A stretch of DNA of 62,229 bases, the filler included, from Aduncisulcus paluster (Eukaryota): the NCBI GenBank assembly GCA_024181965.1. It is 6 parts of 6 records of this genome, joined end to end, with 100 filler letters (N's around TTAATTAATTAA, not from the genome) between each part and the next. Parts side by side here need not be neighbours in the genome. Positions count along the whole stretch, not along the records: positions 47,072 to 52,851 come from BQXS01011294.1; positions 52,952 to 62,229 come from BQXS01011295.1; 4 more parts are not named here. The stretch is one strand, 5' to 3'. Shown here one piece after another: positions 47,074-57,974 of this stretch. A model generated the notes under the pieces. The model made no database searches and was not told the DNA's origin. It saw nothing but the letters and a program-made list of their open reading frames with translations. A program made the position numbers and the translations under genes. Positions within the stretch are counted from its first letter, which is position 1. Every line of letters begins with the position of its first letter.

Positions 47074-47496
47074 CTTGAGTTAGCCCTAAAGCTCAGCATG
47101 ATGGATGAGAGAGATGAAGAAGGTGAAGTTGAAGAGGAGAAAAAGGAACCCAAGAAGACTGATGAGCATGTTGGTTTATATGGTGCAGAAGCCGTTGATG
47201 GAACCCTTGAAGAACTGTTAGCCTCATTCGATGGTGTAAATACCCAAGATCCAGAGCTTCTCCGGATGCTCTCTGAAATGAAAGAATATGTGAAAACGGA
47301 AGAGGAAAAGAAGGAAGAGGAGAAGAAAGAGGAGAAGAAAGAAGAAGAAGATCAAAAAGATGAGGAAAAGAAAGACGAAGATTGTGAAATTCAAGTCAAA
47401 GGTACTGAACAAGAGAGAAAGGATGCCACTGTGTCCGTTGTGAAAGATGAGGATGAATCCGAAGATACAGATAAGGATGAAGAAGATGTTTACTAA
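47074..47496 (+). CDS. RPN10: 26S proteasome subunit Rpn10/PSMD4 C-terminus, 5'-partial
   Basis: UIM-like LELALKLSM, then LLASFDGVNTQDPELLRML resembling the Rpn10 C-terminal L..LPGVDP motif. Confidence 0.6.
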   Translation, partial: LELALKLSMMDERDEEGEVEEEKKEPKKTDEHVGLYGAEAVDGTLEELLASFDGVNTQDPELLRMLSEMKEYVKTEEEKKEEEKKEEKKEEEDQKDEEKKDEDCEIQVKGTEQERKDATVSVVKDEDESEDTDKDEEDVY

Positions 47497-47530
47497 CTAT
47501 AAAAAGTAAATATTATTCTTATGGCGAAAC

Positions 47531-47601
47531 TGAATGTTCAACATTCAAGTTCTTGACTCAAGATCAACTCCGAGTTAGGATCCTCCGAGGATCCGGCGGA
47601 T
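47531..47601. promoter_or_regulatory. Array of five C/G-centred odd palindromes
   Basis: TGAATGTT-C-AACATTCA, TCTTGA-C-TCAAGA, AACTC-C-GAGTT, GGATCCTC-C-GAGGATCC and ATCCG-G-CGGAT. Function is inferred only. Confidence 0.6.
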
Positions 47602-47740
47602 TGGACTTTTAAAAAAAAACTTTTACTCCGAATCTACTATTATTAATAAACAAAAAAAAATTTGACAAAATGTATAATGATTGAAAATAGAATGGTTTTA
47701 TCTTGATACGATTCATATTTTGGTTTGACATGAACCCCAC

Positions 47741-49663
47741 TTGATCTGGACTTTTTTTCTCGTGTTTACCGCATTGATAACATCCACTCCAATGCGTTAT
47801 CAGTCACATCAGGATATTGCTACCATTTCTAAGGCTCAACCTGTTTCTGATTCCGTTAGACCTAACTCTCATTTGAGTATTCATCCTTCCCGTCCAAAAA
47901 CAAAAAAATCCGATAGTATGGAAGCTGAAAGTCAAGAAACATCAAGTGATAAGCCAATTAAAGAATTATTTGATGTTACAATGACGAAAGAGAAATTACG
48001 AAAAATATGTGATTCTTTAGGGTTTTCTGTTTGTGAGACTGACCAAGAAATTAAAAAAATTGAAAATTTATTAACTTTTCCTGGCTCTTTTGATGACACA
48101 TTTAATCCTTCTAAGGGGAAATTTCCATTTTCTCTTCACTATGACCCAAGTCAGGAAACTTCATACATAGAACAAAATAATACAAATTCGGGCCATTTAT
48201 CCTTTTCTCACTTTATAATTACTGTTTCAAAGAAAATGCCATCAATAGATGGACTAAAACCTGAAAGCAAAAAAAGAGGAGGTTTCTTCTCTAGACTCTT
48301 TTCTCGTTCTCAACCTGAACAATCATGTGATGTTTCTGAAACAATAGGCGAGGAATATTCTGAGGAAGAGTATATTTACAGTGTTCTTGATACAAAACCA
48401 CCTCCAAAGCTATGTTCCCTCGATTGTGAAGAAGAAGCTATAAAAGCTCTTGCGAGTTCTTTCGATTCTTCAATCAGATCCGTGGAGGAAAAATTAAAGG
48501 ATGAAATGGAAAAGGCCAAAACAATTCTGCTTGATGACAATCGACTAGTTTATGACAAAGCTTCGATTACATCCTTGTTCGATGCCACCATGAAGATTCA
48601 GAGGCGAATTATTGAACCAAAGATCATTGCCCATCCAATAGAAATCAGTGAACCAAAGATAGAGGAAGCTCCAGTCGAACAGCCAAAATTGGCTGAGGAA
48701 ATGGAAACTCATGCACCTCAAGAATATCAATTTCCCGTTTCTCCTCCATCCAAATCAGTATCATCGCCAACTTCCGAGTCTTTATCATCAAAAGCACTAG
48801 ATAAAGATGGTATAGTTTCACCTGTGTCATCTGATCCTATCATTTCCAAACACATTGAAAAACCCGCAAAAGAATCATCTATTGTCGAATCCAAGGGAGT
48901 GGAGGAAGGAAAAAAAGAAGAAGAAGAAGAAGAAAAAGAGAAAACAGGAGAAGAACAAACTAAAAAAGATGTGGTGTCTCATCCAATTTCTCTTGGAATA
49001 ATTCGAAAAAAATGGGATATAATTCTTGGAGATCAGTTCATTCCAGAAAAGTATAAGAAATTGTTGTTACCTTCAACAAAACCCGTCCGAATCAATGAAC
49101 CGAAACAATTTGATCATTTATTTGACTCATATCGTAAACAAGTTATATCTCCTTTTCCTTTGCCACCCAGAAACATTGAGAAGAAATGCCGCCATTTTAT
49201 AAATGATGGATATTCTCTAACAATTAAGCAAACATTGGATGTGCCCAAACGTTACAAACCAGCCCCTCGGTCTTCCTTGAAGCCTCTTCTGTTCGCTCTT
49301 GCTATCATTCTGGTTGCTATTTCATTTGGTGTCGTTTTCATGATGTATGGAGAAGAACATCTCCTTTGGAAGACCGGAGAGAGACAACCATCCAAGAATT
49401 ACTATGGATTATTTGGGGTGGAAAAAACTGCAACCTCAAAAGAAATATCATCAGCTTTCCGAAAATTATCAAGGAAATTCCACCCAGATTTGAATCCTGA
49501 TTGCCCAGATTGTGAGGAAAAGTTCAAAGAATTGGAGGAAGCAAAAGATGTTCTCACTGATATTTACAGAAGAACTTATTATGACGATTATGGTACAGAT
49601 ATGCCCCCAGATCTGTACCGAAAGCTTATTAAACAAGCTGAAGTGTACAAAGATAATTATTAA
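47741..49663 (+). CDS. Membrane protein with C-terminal DnaJ domain
   Basis: TM followed by NYYGLFGV...KFHPDLNP...RTYYD. Start uncertain (ATG 47730 is one base out of frame). Confidence 0.85.
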   Translation: MIWTFFLVFTALITSTPMRYQSHQDIATISKAQPVSDSVRPNSHLSIHPSRPKTKKSDSMEAESQETSSDKPIKELFDVTMTKEKLRKICDSLGFSVCETDQEIKKIENLLTFPGSFDDTFNPSKGKFPFSLHYDPSQETSYIEQNNTNSGHLSFSHFIITVSKKMPSIDGLKPESKKRGGFFSRLFSRSQPEQSCDVSETIGEEYSEEEYIYSVLDTKPPPKLCSLDCEEEAIKALASSFDSSIRSVEEKLKDEMEKAKTILLDDNRLVYDKASITSLFDATMKIQRRIIEPKIIAHPIEISEPKIEEAPVEQPKLAEEMETHAPQEYQFPVSPPSKSVSSPTSESLSSKALDKDGIVSPVSSDPIISKHIEKPAKESSIVESKGVEEGKKEEEEEEKEKTGEEQTKKDVVSHPISLGIIRKKWDIILGDQFIPEKYKKLLLPSTKPVRINEPKQFDHLFDSYRKQVISPFPLPPRNIEKKCRHFINDGYSLTIKQTLDVPKRYKPAPRSSLKPLLFALAIILVAISFGVVFMMYGEEHLLWKTGERQPSKNYYGLFGVEKTATSKEISSAFRKLSRKFHPDLNPDCPDCEEKFKELEEAKDVLTDIYRRTYYDDYGTDMPPDLYRKLIKQAEVYKDNY

Positions 49664-49950
49664 GCCTTTTCGTGTCAATTTATTCCAAATTTACTGAATA
49701 GATATTCCAAAATTCCCAAGATCCAATAGTAAATCGTGTTTGTCTGGATCCTTTTGATTAGCGAAACGTTTAAAATAATATTTTTATTTTAAAAATTCAT
49801 GTTCAGGAGTTTCTAAGAAATAATGAGTTAAAAAATCTACAATTTCAAGCAAAAATAGAAAAAATTATTTTTTGGCCACCTTGCTTGAAATCCAAGCAAT
49901 ATTTTAAACAATTCATTTTTGTTTAGATCGTGTTGTAAATATTATACATT

Positions 49951-50267
49951 ATGGACGAGTCAGTTCTAACATTAGAAGAGAGAAGACAACTAAGGGAAAG
50001 AAAAGTATGTTTGTTCGTTGTTTCTTTAGATATTTGTACCAAATCTTATAGAAAAACGTATTATTTTGTATTTTTAAATGTGTATATTTATTATAGGTTT
50101 CAGAAAGAATTGCTGATGAAAAATATTTGAGATCCCATCCTGAAATACAGACATTCATATCAGATTTCACTGTTCGGTGTTTAAGGGAAAAAACGTCGTC
50201 AGATATTCTTGTAGAAGAAGCATATAAATTTTGGTTGGAGCTGTATCAAAAAAAGAAAAAGTTGTGA
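49951..50267 (+). CDS. RIIAD1: RIIa-domain protein (RIIAD1-like), 2 exons, 74 aa; absent from the ORF track
   Basis: Exon 49951-50004, intron 50005-50096 (GTATGTT...TAG), exon 50097-50267. Translates as LTLEERRQLRERKVSERIADEKYLRSHPEIQTFISDF. Confidence 0.85.
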
Positions 50268-50652
50268 TCTGTTTATTGGATCAAGATAAAAAGTTTCCAT
50301 CTTCTGAAGCCAATCCTCCACCATGTGAAACGAAATTTAGAATGTAGAGAGTGAAAAAGTAAAGTCAATCATAGATAACAGACTGTTATTAACAGTATAA
50401 AAGTTCACTTGAATTTAGTGTTGTTCAAAATTAAGGAATGAATCCAATTTTCACTAATGTCTGTCATTGTAAAATTTTATTGTTTTTATTTTTGCTCGTA
50501 TTAAGCATGTCTTGCCCCGATGAGCCATCACCACCGGCCAAACCGGCAATTACCGAACAAACTACACTTTGTTATTCCTTGTTCGATGTCTTGAATTGGA
50601 TAACATTTCCAGTTTTAAAACAACATCATATTTTATTAAAATATTATAACAA

Positions 50653-52851
50653 ATGATATTTTTTACTGGAGGTGCTAGTTCTATGCTATCTGGCGGAATG
50701 AGCTCTATTTTCTCTCCACTGATGTCCGCTTCTCGTTGTAATTGTCCATTCTGTTGTTTGACTGAAAAAGTAGCTGAAGATAATATTTCTCTTGCTTATA
50801 AACAGGGTCATATTACTGCTCTTTCTCCAGAAGCAATTGGTCAATTTGACAAGAAACACGCGTCTCATAGGGCATTTGGTAAACCAGCCGGATTGGAAAA
50901 TCCAAATGCTGTTAGTTGTTATTTAAATGCTGTTGTTCAATTGTTCACATGCATCCCTGAAATCGCAGACGCAATTCTTTCTGTTCCCGCTCCTAAATTA
51001 ACTGATGCCACTAACAAAGACATTCAAACATTTGCCGCTATCCGTTCTCTTATCCTTGAACTTGGTTATTCTGTTCGTCCTGTGCAATCCCCACAAATTC
51101 TACTTGATGTTCTCGAAGAGCGTGTTGAACAACAAGATCTTGATGAAAAAATGACCCTTCTTATCGATAAAATTGCCTTTGGAATGAAAAAACTTGGTTA
51201 TCCTGCCCAAGCTGAGCGTTTTGAGTCTATTTTTAGATTCGTTACTGATCGTGACACAAGAATGACTATTTATCTTCCCCTTGAGGTTGGAACTGCTATT
51301 AATGGTCTTGGAAAAGCCTTAGGCTGGACATTCTTCACTGACGATGACTCTGGAACATCTCAAGAAGTGATCCGTCGCTTACCAGATGTTCTCCTCCTCT
51401 ATGTGAACCGTGTCTCTTCCAGTGGCGCTTCACACAAGACTGGAATGGCTCAAGGAAAGCGTGATGAATCCCCATTCTTTGCACCCGATATCTTAGATGT
51501 TGCTCTTGGAATGGAGGATAAAGTCGAACAGATCGAAGAAGTTTGTGAGATTACAAAGATGTTTGAAATGTCCAAACGTGAAGCCATTGATGCGTTAAAA
51601 TCCGTTGATGCCTCAATATTGTCAGTCAAAGCCAGTGAACGTTCAGTCAGGACAGCCTTTGAAGACGATGCTGAGGACATCTCTCTCTGTGATAGAGTAT
51701 GGGGTCTAACTTCAACAGATGAGCCAGAAAAGAGTTCCCATACTTCCAGTTCCACATCCCTTGTCTCCCATCTTGAGACTGTGTCCGCCCGACTCTCAAC
51801 AAAAATCGACAACCTTTCCAACACTATTGGACAGATGTGTAGCACTGTCAGAGGTAAGAGATATGTTCTTTGGACAATTATTGCCCACGGATCTTATACT
51901 GAATCCTCCGAATCTGGACATTACGTTACATTTTCTCGTGTTTTGACAAGGACAGACGAAGAGATTCTCTCTGATCGTTCTGAAGAAGACCTTGACCTCA
52001 TTGAAGTGGAAGAAGAAGAGAAAGGCGAGGGGACCGAGGGTAAATCTACTCCTCATTACAGTTACAAGTGGGTTTGTCTGAATGATGCTCAAGTGATGGA
52101 TGTTTCTGCTGAAGATATTGCTGATTTGATGAAAGGAAGATATTCTGTCGGCGGAATGCGTTTTATTGTATATCTGTGCGTTTATCGTCGTTTGAAGGAA
52201 GGACTCGAAGCCTTTGGAGAAGTTGAATCCCAGAGTAGTGAAGATGAAGATGCCGGAGAGGAAGAGGAGGAAGAGGAAGTTGAGGAAATCTCCGAGGAAG
52301 ATGCAATGAGACGTTCCATTGTCCATGAGAAATGGGATCCGACCCTTGAAAGGATCCTTTGGGACGTTCCTACAGAAGGGCACGACATTGAGTATCCTGT
52401 TGCCCTCGCGCCCCCTTCTCTTCCTATTACCAGTCTCAGTGTGTCCACGGCCCTGAAGAGAGATGTTCCCATTGTCGAGTGGGGATTTAGTTCCATGCCT
52501 TTCTCTATACCCATCCATAGGGATGAACTTCGAAGGGAGTGTGTTCTAAGAGCTGTGCAAGAAGCATCCAAGAAACAAACCGAGGCAGCTTCTGATATGA
52601 AGGATTCGAGTAAGGGATCAAAGAGTCCTGTGCAATCTACTTCGTCTTTGGCTATCTGTTCGTCTGAAGCCCCTGGATCTGTGACAAGTGTAATGTTGAA
52701 CTACGATAAAAGTTCGTATATTGTACCTGCCCCTGATACTAAATTCCATGACAAACTCTATTCTTCTTTGTATATCCTTGGGCATATCCATAATGACAAC
52801 CAACGCATTGTCTGCTCCACTCTATCACATTATCTTAATGCTTTGACCTAT
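50653..52851 (+). CDS. Ubiquitin-specific protease (peptidase C19), 3'-truncated
   Basis: Cys box GLENPNAVSCYLNAVVQ, QQD, His box IIAHG...SGHYVTF and WVCLNDAQV. Confidence 0.9.
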
Positions 52852-52951
52852 NNNNNNNNNNNNNNNNNNNNNNNNNNNNNNNNNNNNNNNNNNNNTTAAT
52901 TAATTAANNNNNNNNNNNNNNNNNNNNNNNNNNNNNNNNNNNNNNNNNNNN

Positions 52952-55900
52952 AGTACACATTTTCACCGGGATCCTCATTAATTATTTCCTCAAGTTGAGG
53001 TTCATCGGGCGCAACGTGAGAGGTACGTTCTTCTTCTTTCTCATCCTTCTTTATCAGAGCTTCATCTTTATATTCACGTTTTTGAGCTATAACAAACAGA
53101 GCCTTCAATTCCTTCTTCGTGAGTTGACGGTGCACAGCTCTAGAACTTTTGAAAGACAACCAGTGCAATGAAGAGGGAGCTCGCTCTAGAGATTGGAGGT
53201 AGTGGGGTGGAAGAATAGAAGAAAAGATAAGGGAGGATGGAGTCGAAAGTCCACAGCATTGTGGAAGAACAAGGGGAGGAGAAGGGGCATCTTGGGAAGA
53301 GGAAGAGGTTGAAGAAGAAGAACCTGGTTTGGATATGAGAAGGTCTGGTTTGTTAAGAAAAGAATCTTCGGGGTATTCTGGATTTACCACCATGCTTGAA
53401 TGTCGACGTTTTCCATACCATCCACCACCAAAACTATTACCATCTTTCCCGACAACTATTGGAGGAAGAGAAGAAACATCAGGATTTGGTGTTTCTTTTC
53501 CCTTCTCTTGATGTGAGTCAATTTCCTTTGTGGAAACACCAGAACCAGAAATGAGTCGGTAGTCATAATTCTGGCCGAAGAGTTTCATCAAACGTCTTGC
53601 CATTCCCTCATTAACTGCTCCTTTTAAAAATTCCTTCTCTATAATTGGAGTGTGTGGAACTCCATAGTTTCTCACAAAATAGTCAGGCCCAATAAATCTA
53701 ACGTGCACATTCAGACCTGTGGAATAAGAAAAAGAGCACATCAGTTGCTTGGATAGTTTCTTCAGTTGCGGGGGGAGGGGGGATTTGGACTTCTCCGATA
53801 AGGCCGTAGCACCCACAATACTCGGAAGGGTGGCTCCAGAAGGGTTTGACGAGGTCACAATAATCAATGTGAGATCATCACACCGGGAGAGGAAGAAGTT
53901 GGAAATGGATGTGGAAGGTTGGGATGGATCGATCAGATGGGTTGTTAAGGAAGGAGACTGAACACCGGCTTGTTCTCTCTGACGAGACTCTGCTCTCTTG
54001 ACCATTTCAGATACAAGTCCTTCAGCTCCTACCCCGCATTGACACAGAGAAGAGAGTGACATGAGAGACATTGCAGACTCCTTCAGAATGGCGTAGGATC
54101 CAGTTGAGGAGAGAAAGAAGGCAGGTTCGTTGAAAGATCCCTGATGCTGGGAGGAAGCCATAGATGACTCACCGCCTGCAGAATCTTTAAAGTTAGACAA
54201 GAGAACGATATCTTCACCTCCCTGTAACATTCCCATCATTCGAATCCACTCCCTCACTCTCAGAATAACCTCCTCATTGTTGAAAGAACAACATATAGGG
54301 AGATATACGAACCTATCTCTCATTCCGGCTCCAAGACCATAGTTCTGATGACAGCCACAGCCTGTATTTCCAACATAATGATGAGTTGATGAGAAATTGA
54401 AGGGGTAAGCATCTTGTCCGTGCAAAGACATGGAACGTTTGACAGGACTTGAGCCACCTTCTCTCTGAGATTCACCAATACCACAGCCACCAATCACACG
54501 TATTTTGAGAGTTATAACAGGGTCGAGGGTGAGGGTTATTCGAGAAGGAAGCTCAGAACTCTTTCTGCAGGCTTGGTCAAATGCCACAATATCCCGAACG
54601 TGGGCTTCCTTGAAGACGGGATTAGGGGGAAACGAGGGGACAAAGTTATCTCTTTGTTGAGTGGAATGGGAGGAAGAGAGGATATCAGCATCCTTTCGGT
54701 CTATAGAGGCTGAACTGACACACTCAGAAGATATCGATGAGTGTTTGCAGCGTGACGGATAGATACTAATGGGAGAGGAACTTAATGAACACGTGGGCTT
54801 TCGTAATAATGTCTTCTGAGAGTCGGAGATAGGCACAGCGTGTGGATTCAACATTGGTGTCACTACGGAAGAAGTGGACGGCAGAGCAATATCCTTGGGA
54901 ACATCTCCAGGAGTCCCCTNNNNNNNNNNNNNNNNNNNNATAAGAAAATTGCGAGAGTAAGTCTGTATCAGGGAGACTTGACTCGTGATCGTCAATAATC
55001 CTAGAATCTATATCCAATTCCTCCTCAGTGGTGTCATCTCCTTGCTTCTTAAAGACTTGCTGGAATACAGTATCACTAGGGAATACGACGNNNNNNNNNN
55101 NNNNNNNNNNTGACAGCCACAGCCTGTATTTCCAACATAATGATGAGTTGATGAGAAATTGAAGGGGTAAGCATCTTGTCCGTGCAAAGACATGGAACGT
55201 TTGACAGGACTTGAGCCACCTTCTCTCTGAGATTCACCAATACCACAGCCACCAATCACACGTATTTTGAGAGTTATAACAGGGTCGAGGGTGAGGGTTA
55301 TTCGAGAAGGAAGCTCAGAACTCTTTCTGCAGGCTTGGTCAAATGCCACAATATCCCGAACGTGGGCTTCCTTGAAGACGGGATTAGGGGGAAACGAGGG
55401 GACAAAGTTATCTCTTTGTTGAGTGGAATGGGAGGAAGAGAGGATATCAGCATCCTTTCGGTCTATAGAGGCTGAACTGACACACTCAGAAGATATCGAT
55501 GAGTGTTTGCAGCGTGACGGATAGATACTAATGGGAGAGGAACTTAATGAACACGTGGGCTTTCGTAATAATGTCTTCTGAGAGTCGGAGATAGGCACAG
55601 CGTGTGGATTCAACATTGGTGTCACTACGGAAGAAGTGGACGGCAGAGCAATATCCTTGGGAACATCTCCAGGAGTCCCCTCATGAGAAGAGGGTGTGGA
55701 GGGTGGTGGTGAGTCAAAGTACAGGTGTAATGGATGTAAATTGAAATAAACAGAGTTGCCAACATCTATCCCTTCTTCAAAAGGTGACTTAAAATGCGGG
55801 ATGAATAACGAGGAATACGACGGTGATTGGTCTTGGGTTTCACTCGAATATAGGCAAAGAGGAGGGAAACACACATCGGGCGCACGAGAAACACTCACCA

Positions 55901-57034
55901 TACTGCCTCCAAATACACCATTGAGTCTCACTTCTACACTTCTGTGGGACACATCATCGGGGTTCGAGTCCTTCCGGCGCGGAAATGATGTAAACATGGA
56001 CACACTTCCCGTGGATCCATAAATAGATCCCTTATTCACGGCGGCAGTGCCTTTCTTTCGGAGTGGAATATATGAGAAGGAAGAGGTATGGGAGATAAGG
56101 GAAGTTATGTAATGATGAATCGGAGACGGGGAATTCCCTTTGGCATCCCTGTTACACATCCAGAGCGTCACACCAAAGTCGCAGAGAGAAGAGGAGAAGA
56201 GAGGAGATCTAGGGACATGCAATGGGGTGGGAAAAGAAGGAGAAAACTGGAGATACTTCTTTTCAGGGGTAGTATGATCAGGGTTGGGTGAGATTCCCTT
56301 GGATGAGAATGTGGAGAAAGGAGAGAAGGCTGTGAATGTCTTTCCTTCTGCCCACCGTTGTTTGAGTGCTGTAGCAGCTCTATGCTTGAATGAGAGGTGA
56401 ATTATTTCTGTCGGATGGACACATACGTTGATTATTGGGTTGTCAGAGTCAGTAATATCTATAGAATATGCAGGGGATGAGCTTGAAGGTATGTTCATAT
56501 ATGAATGATGGTGAATACCACGCTTCAAATCCATATCAAGACAACCGCCAAAGAAGGACATTCCGGTCTTTGTGATATTGGCAAGGGGTATTTTGCGATG
56601 CACCAAAAGATCAACGAAACGCTGTTGGAGAAGTTGTTGGATTGACACAAGTAAGGGACGTCTATGATGAACAGTTCCTGACGATTGGACAGAAATATCT
56701 TTTTGAACACAGATAGTCTTGTGAGAGGTGATTTCAGCCCCATTTAACGAGAGAACGAATGGATGTTGGGCTAAATCGAGAATATATTTTTCAGAGGGGG
56801 AAGGACAGTGTTGTGATGCTAAGATTTGTTGGGCCGTATAGGGAATATTGGATACATGATTGAAATCAACCATCACTTTCCTAATTGCTTTGAATACTTT
56901 TTTTTCAATGCAATAATTGACATATCGCCTGTAATTCCTTTGATTGTAAACTTTTTATAAGGACCAGAGGGACTGACACCAGGCTTTTTAAGGAGTCTTG
57001 TTGGAATCTTTATCTTGAATTCTATTTGATCCAT
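52952..57034 (-). CDS. Large Ser-rich hypothetical protein with possible N-terminal ubiquitin-like domain; 3'-truncated
   Basis: ORFs 55008-56876 and 52896-54995 join after collapsing duplicate 54349-54919/55111-55681. The upstream ATG 57034 frame joins via a one-base shift in an A8 run. Confidence 0.65.
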
Positions 57035-57232
57035 CGAATTGGTGAGGATAAATACAATAATGGATACTCAATATAATAAATAAAATATGGTAACGAAACG
57101 CTCTTTGCCTCGCCTTCGTGGCCAAAAGAATGATTCTATTTTACATTTTTTTCCACAAAAAGAAATAGCAAAATATTTTATTAAATGTAAATCATTCGCA
57201 TAAATTTTGCAAATCTTCAAATACTTAATAAG

Positions 57233-57868
57233 TTATACCGAAAAATAAGCAGCGAAACACACAGCTGTCGCAATAATATGTTCCTAAATTAAAACAAGAT
57301 AAAATTGGATCGAACAAGAAATTATATTTTCAAATAACAGAGATCTGTAAAAAAACAATTATATAATGGAGAAATAGATAAAACGTAAGAACGAGGGAAA
57401 CATACATTTTTAAATGTGTAAGTAGCAAAATTATCAGTTCGAGTATCCCAAAATGCTTGAGCATCGACCCTAGTATACAAAACAAATCAAAATGCGTCAG
57501 AATACTGGACATAAGAATACGAAGATATAAAGATAAAAAAACAAACATACTTCATTCCTTGAGTCTTTTGTTCGGTTATGATAACTTGAATTGCCAATTT
57601 ATATTGAGGAAATCCGAGGTCTCGGACTTTTGTCCTGATTTCATCACTTATTTCTTTAGTTAACTGTGAAATAATCTCTGCCTCATAGTCAGCATCTTCC
57701 AACCGTGATTTTAAGACATCTTTCATCACCTTTATACAATCTGATTGCCGAAATGGATGGGTAGGAAGTTTGCTATTACAGTTTGCAAAAGAAAATTATT
57801 TAGAGAAGAAATTCGGGAAAAAATGTAACAAGAGCTAATTTAACATACAATACTTTCTTCGATGACAT
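57233..57868 (-). CDS. Tctex1-type dynein light chain, 4 exons
   Basis: Introns 57773-57848, 57470-57550 and 57284-57405, all GTATGTT...TAG. Spliced protein ...PQYKLAIQVIITEQKTQGMKVDAQAFWDTRTDNFATYTFKNEHIIATAVCFAAYFSV. Confidence 0.9.
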
Positions 57869-57974
57869 GTTATTTTTTAGAAATGTCCCAAACGAGAGAA
57901 AGTTTTTCGAAGTCTTTATTTCTTTGGTTGTCATATAATAACACCCCATAAAGTATAAAAATAATATTTTACAT

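Noticed and set aside
50555-50575. Minus-strand AAGTGTAGTTTGTTC resembling the U2 branch-recognition region
   Set aside because: No U2 stem I or U6-pairing sequence upstream, and no clear Sm site.
50600-50666. Possible AT-AC intron joining the upstream ORF to USP
   Set aside because: Splicing would be out of frame and there is no U12 donor consensus. ATG 50653 has a normal A-rich context.
54940-55090. 150-bp coding-like island between two gaps
   Set aside because: Likely a mis-scaffolded small contig. The surrounding gene is continuous without it.
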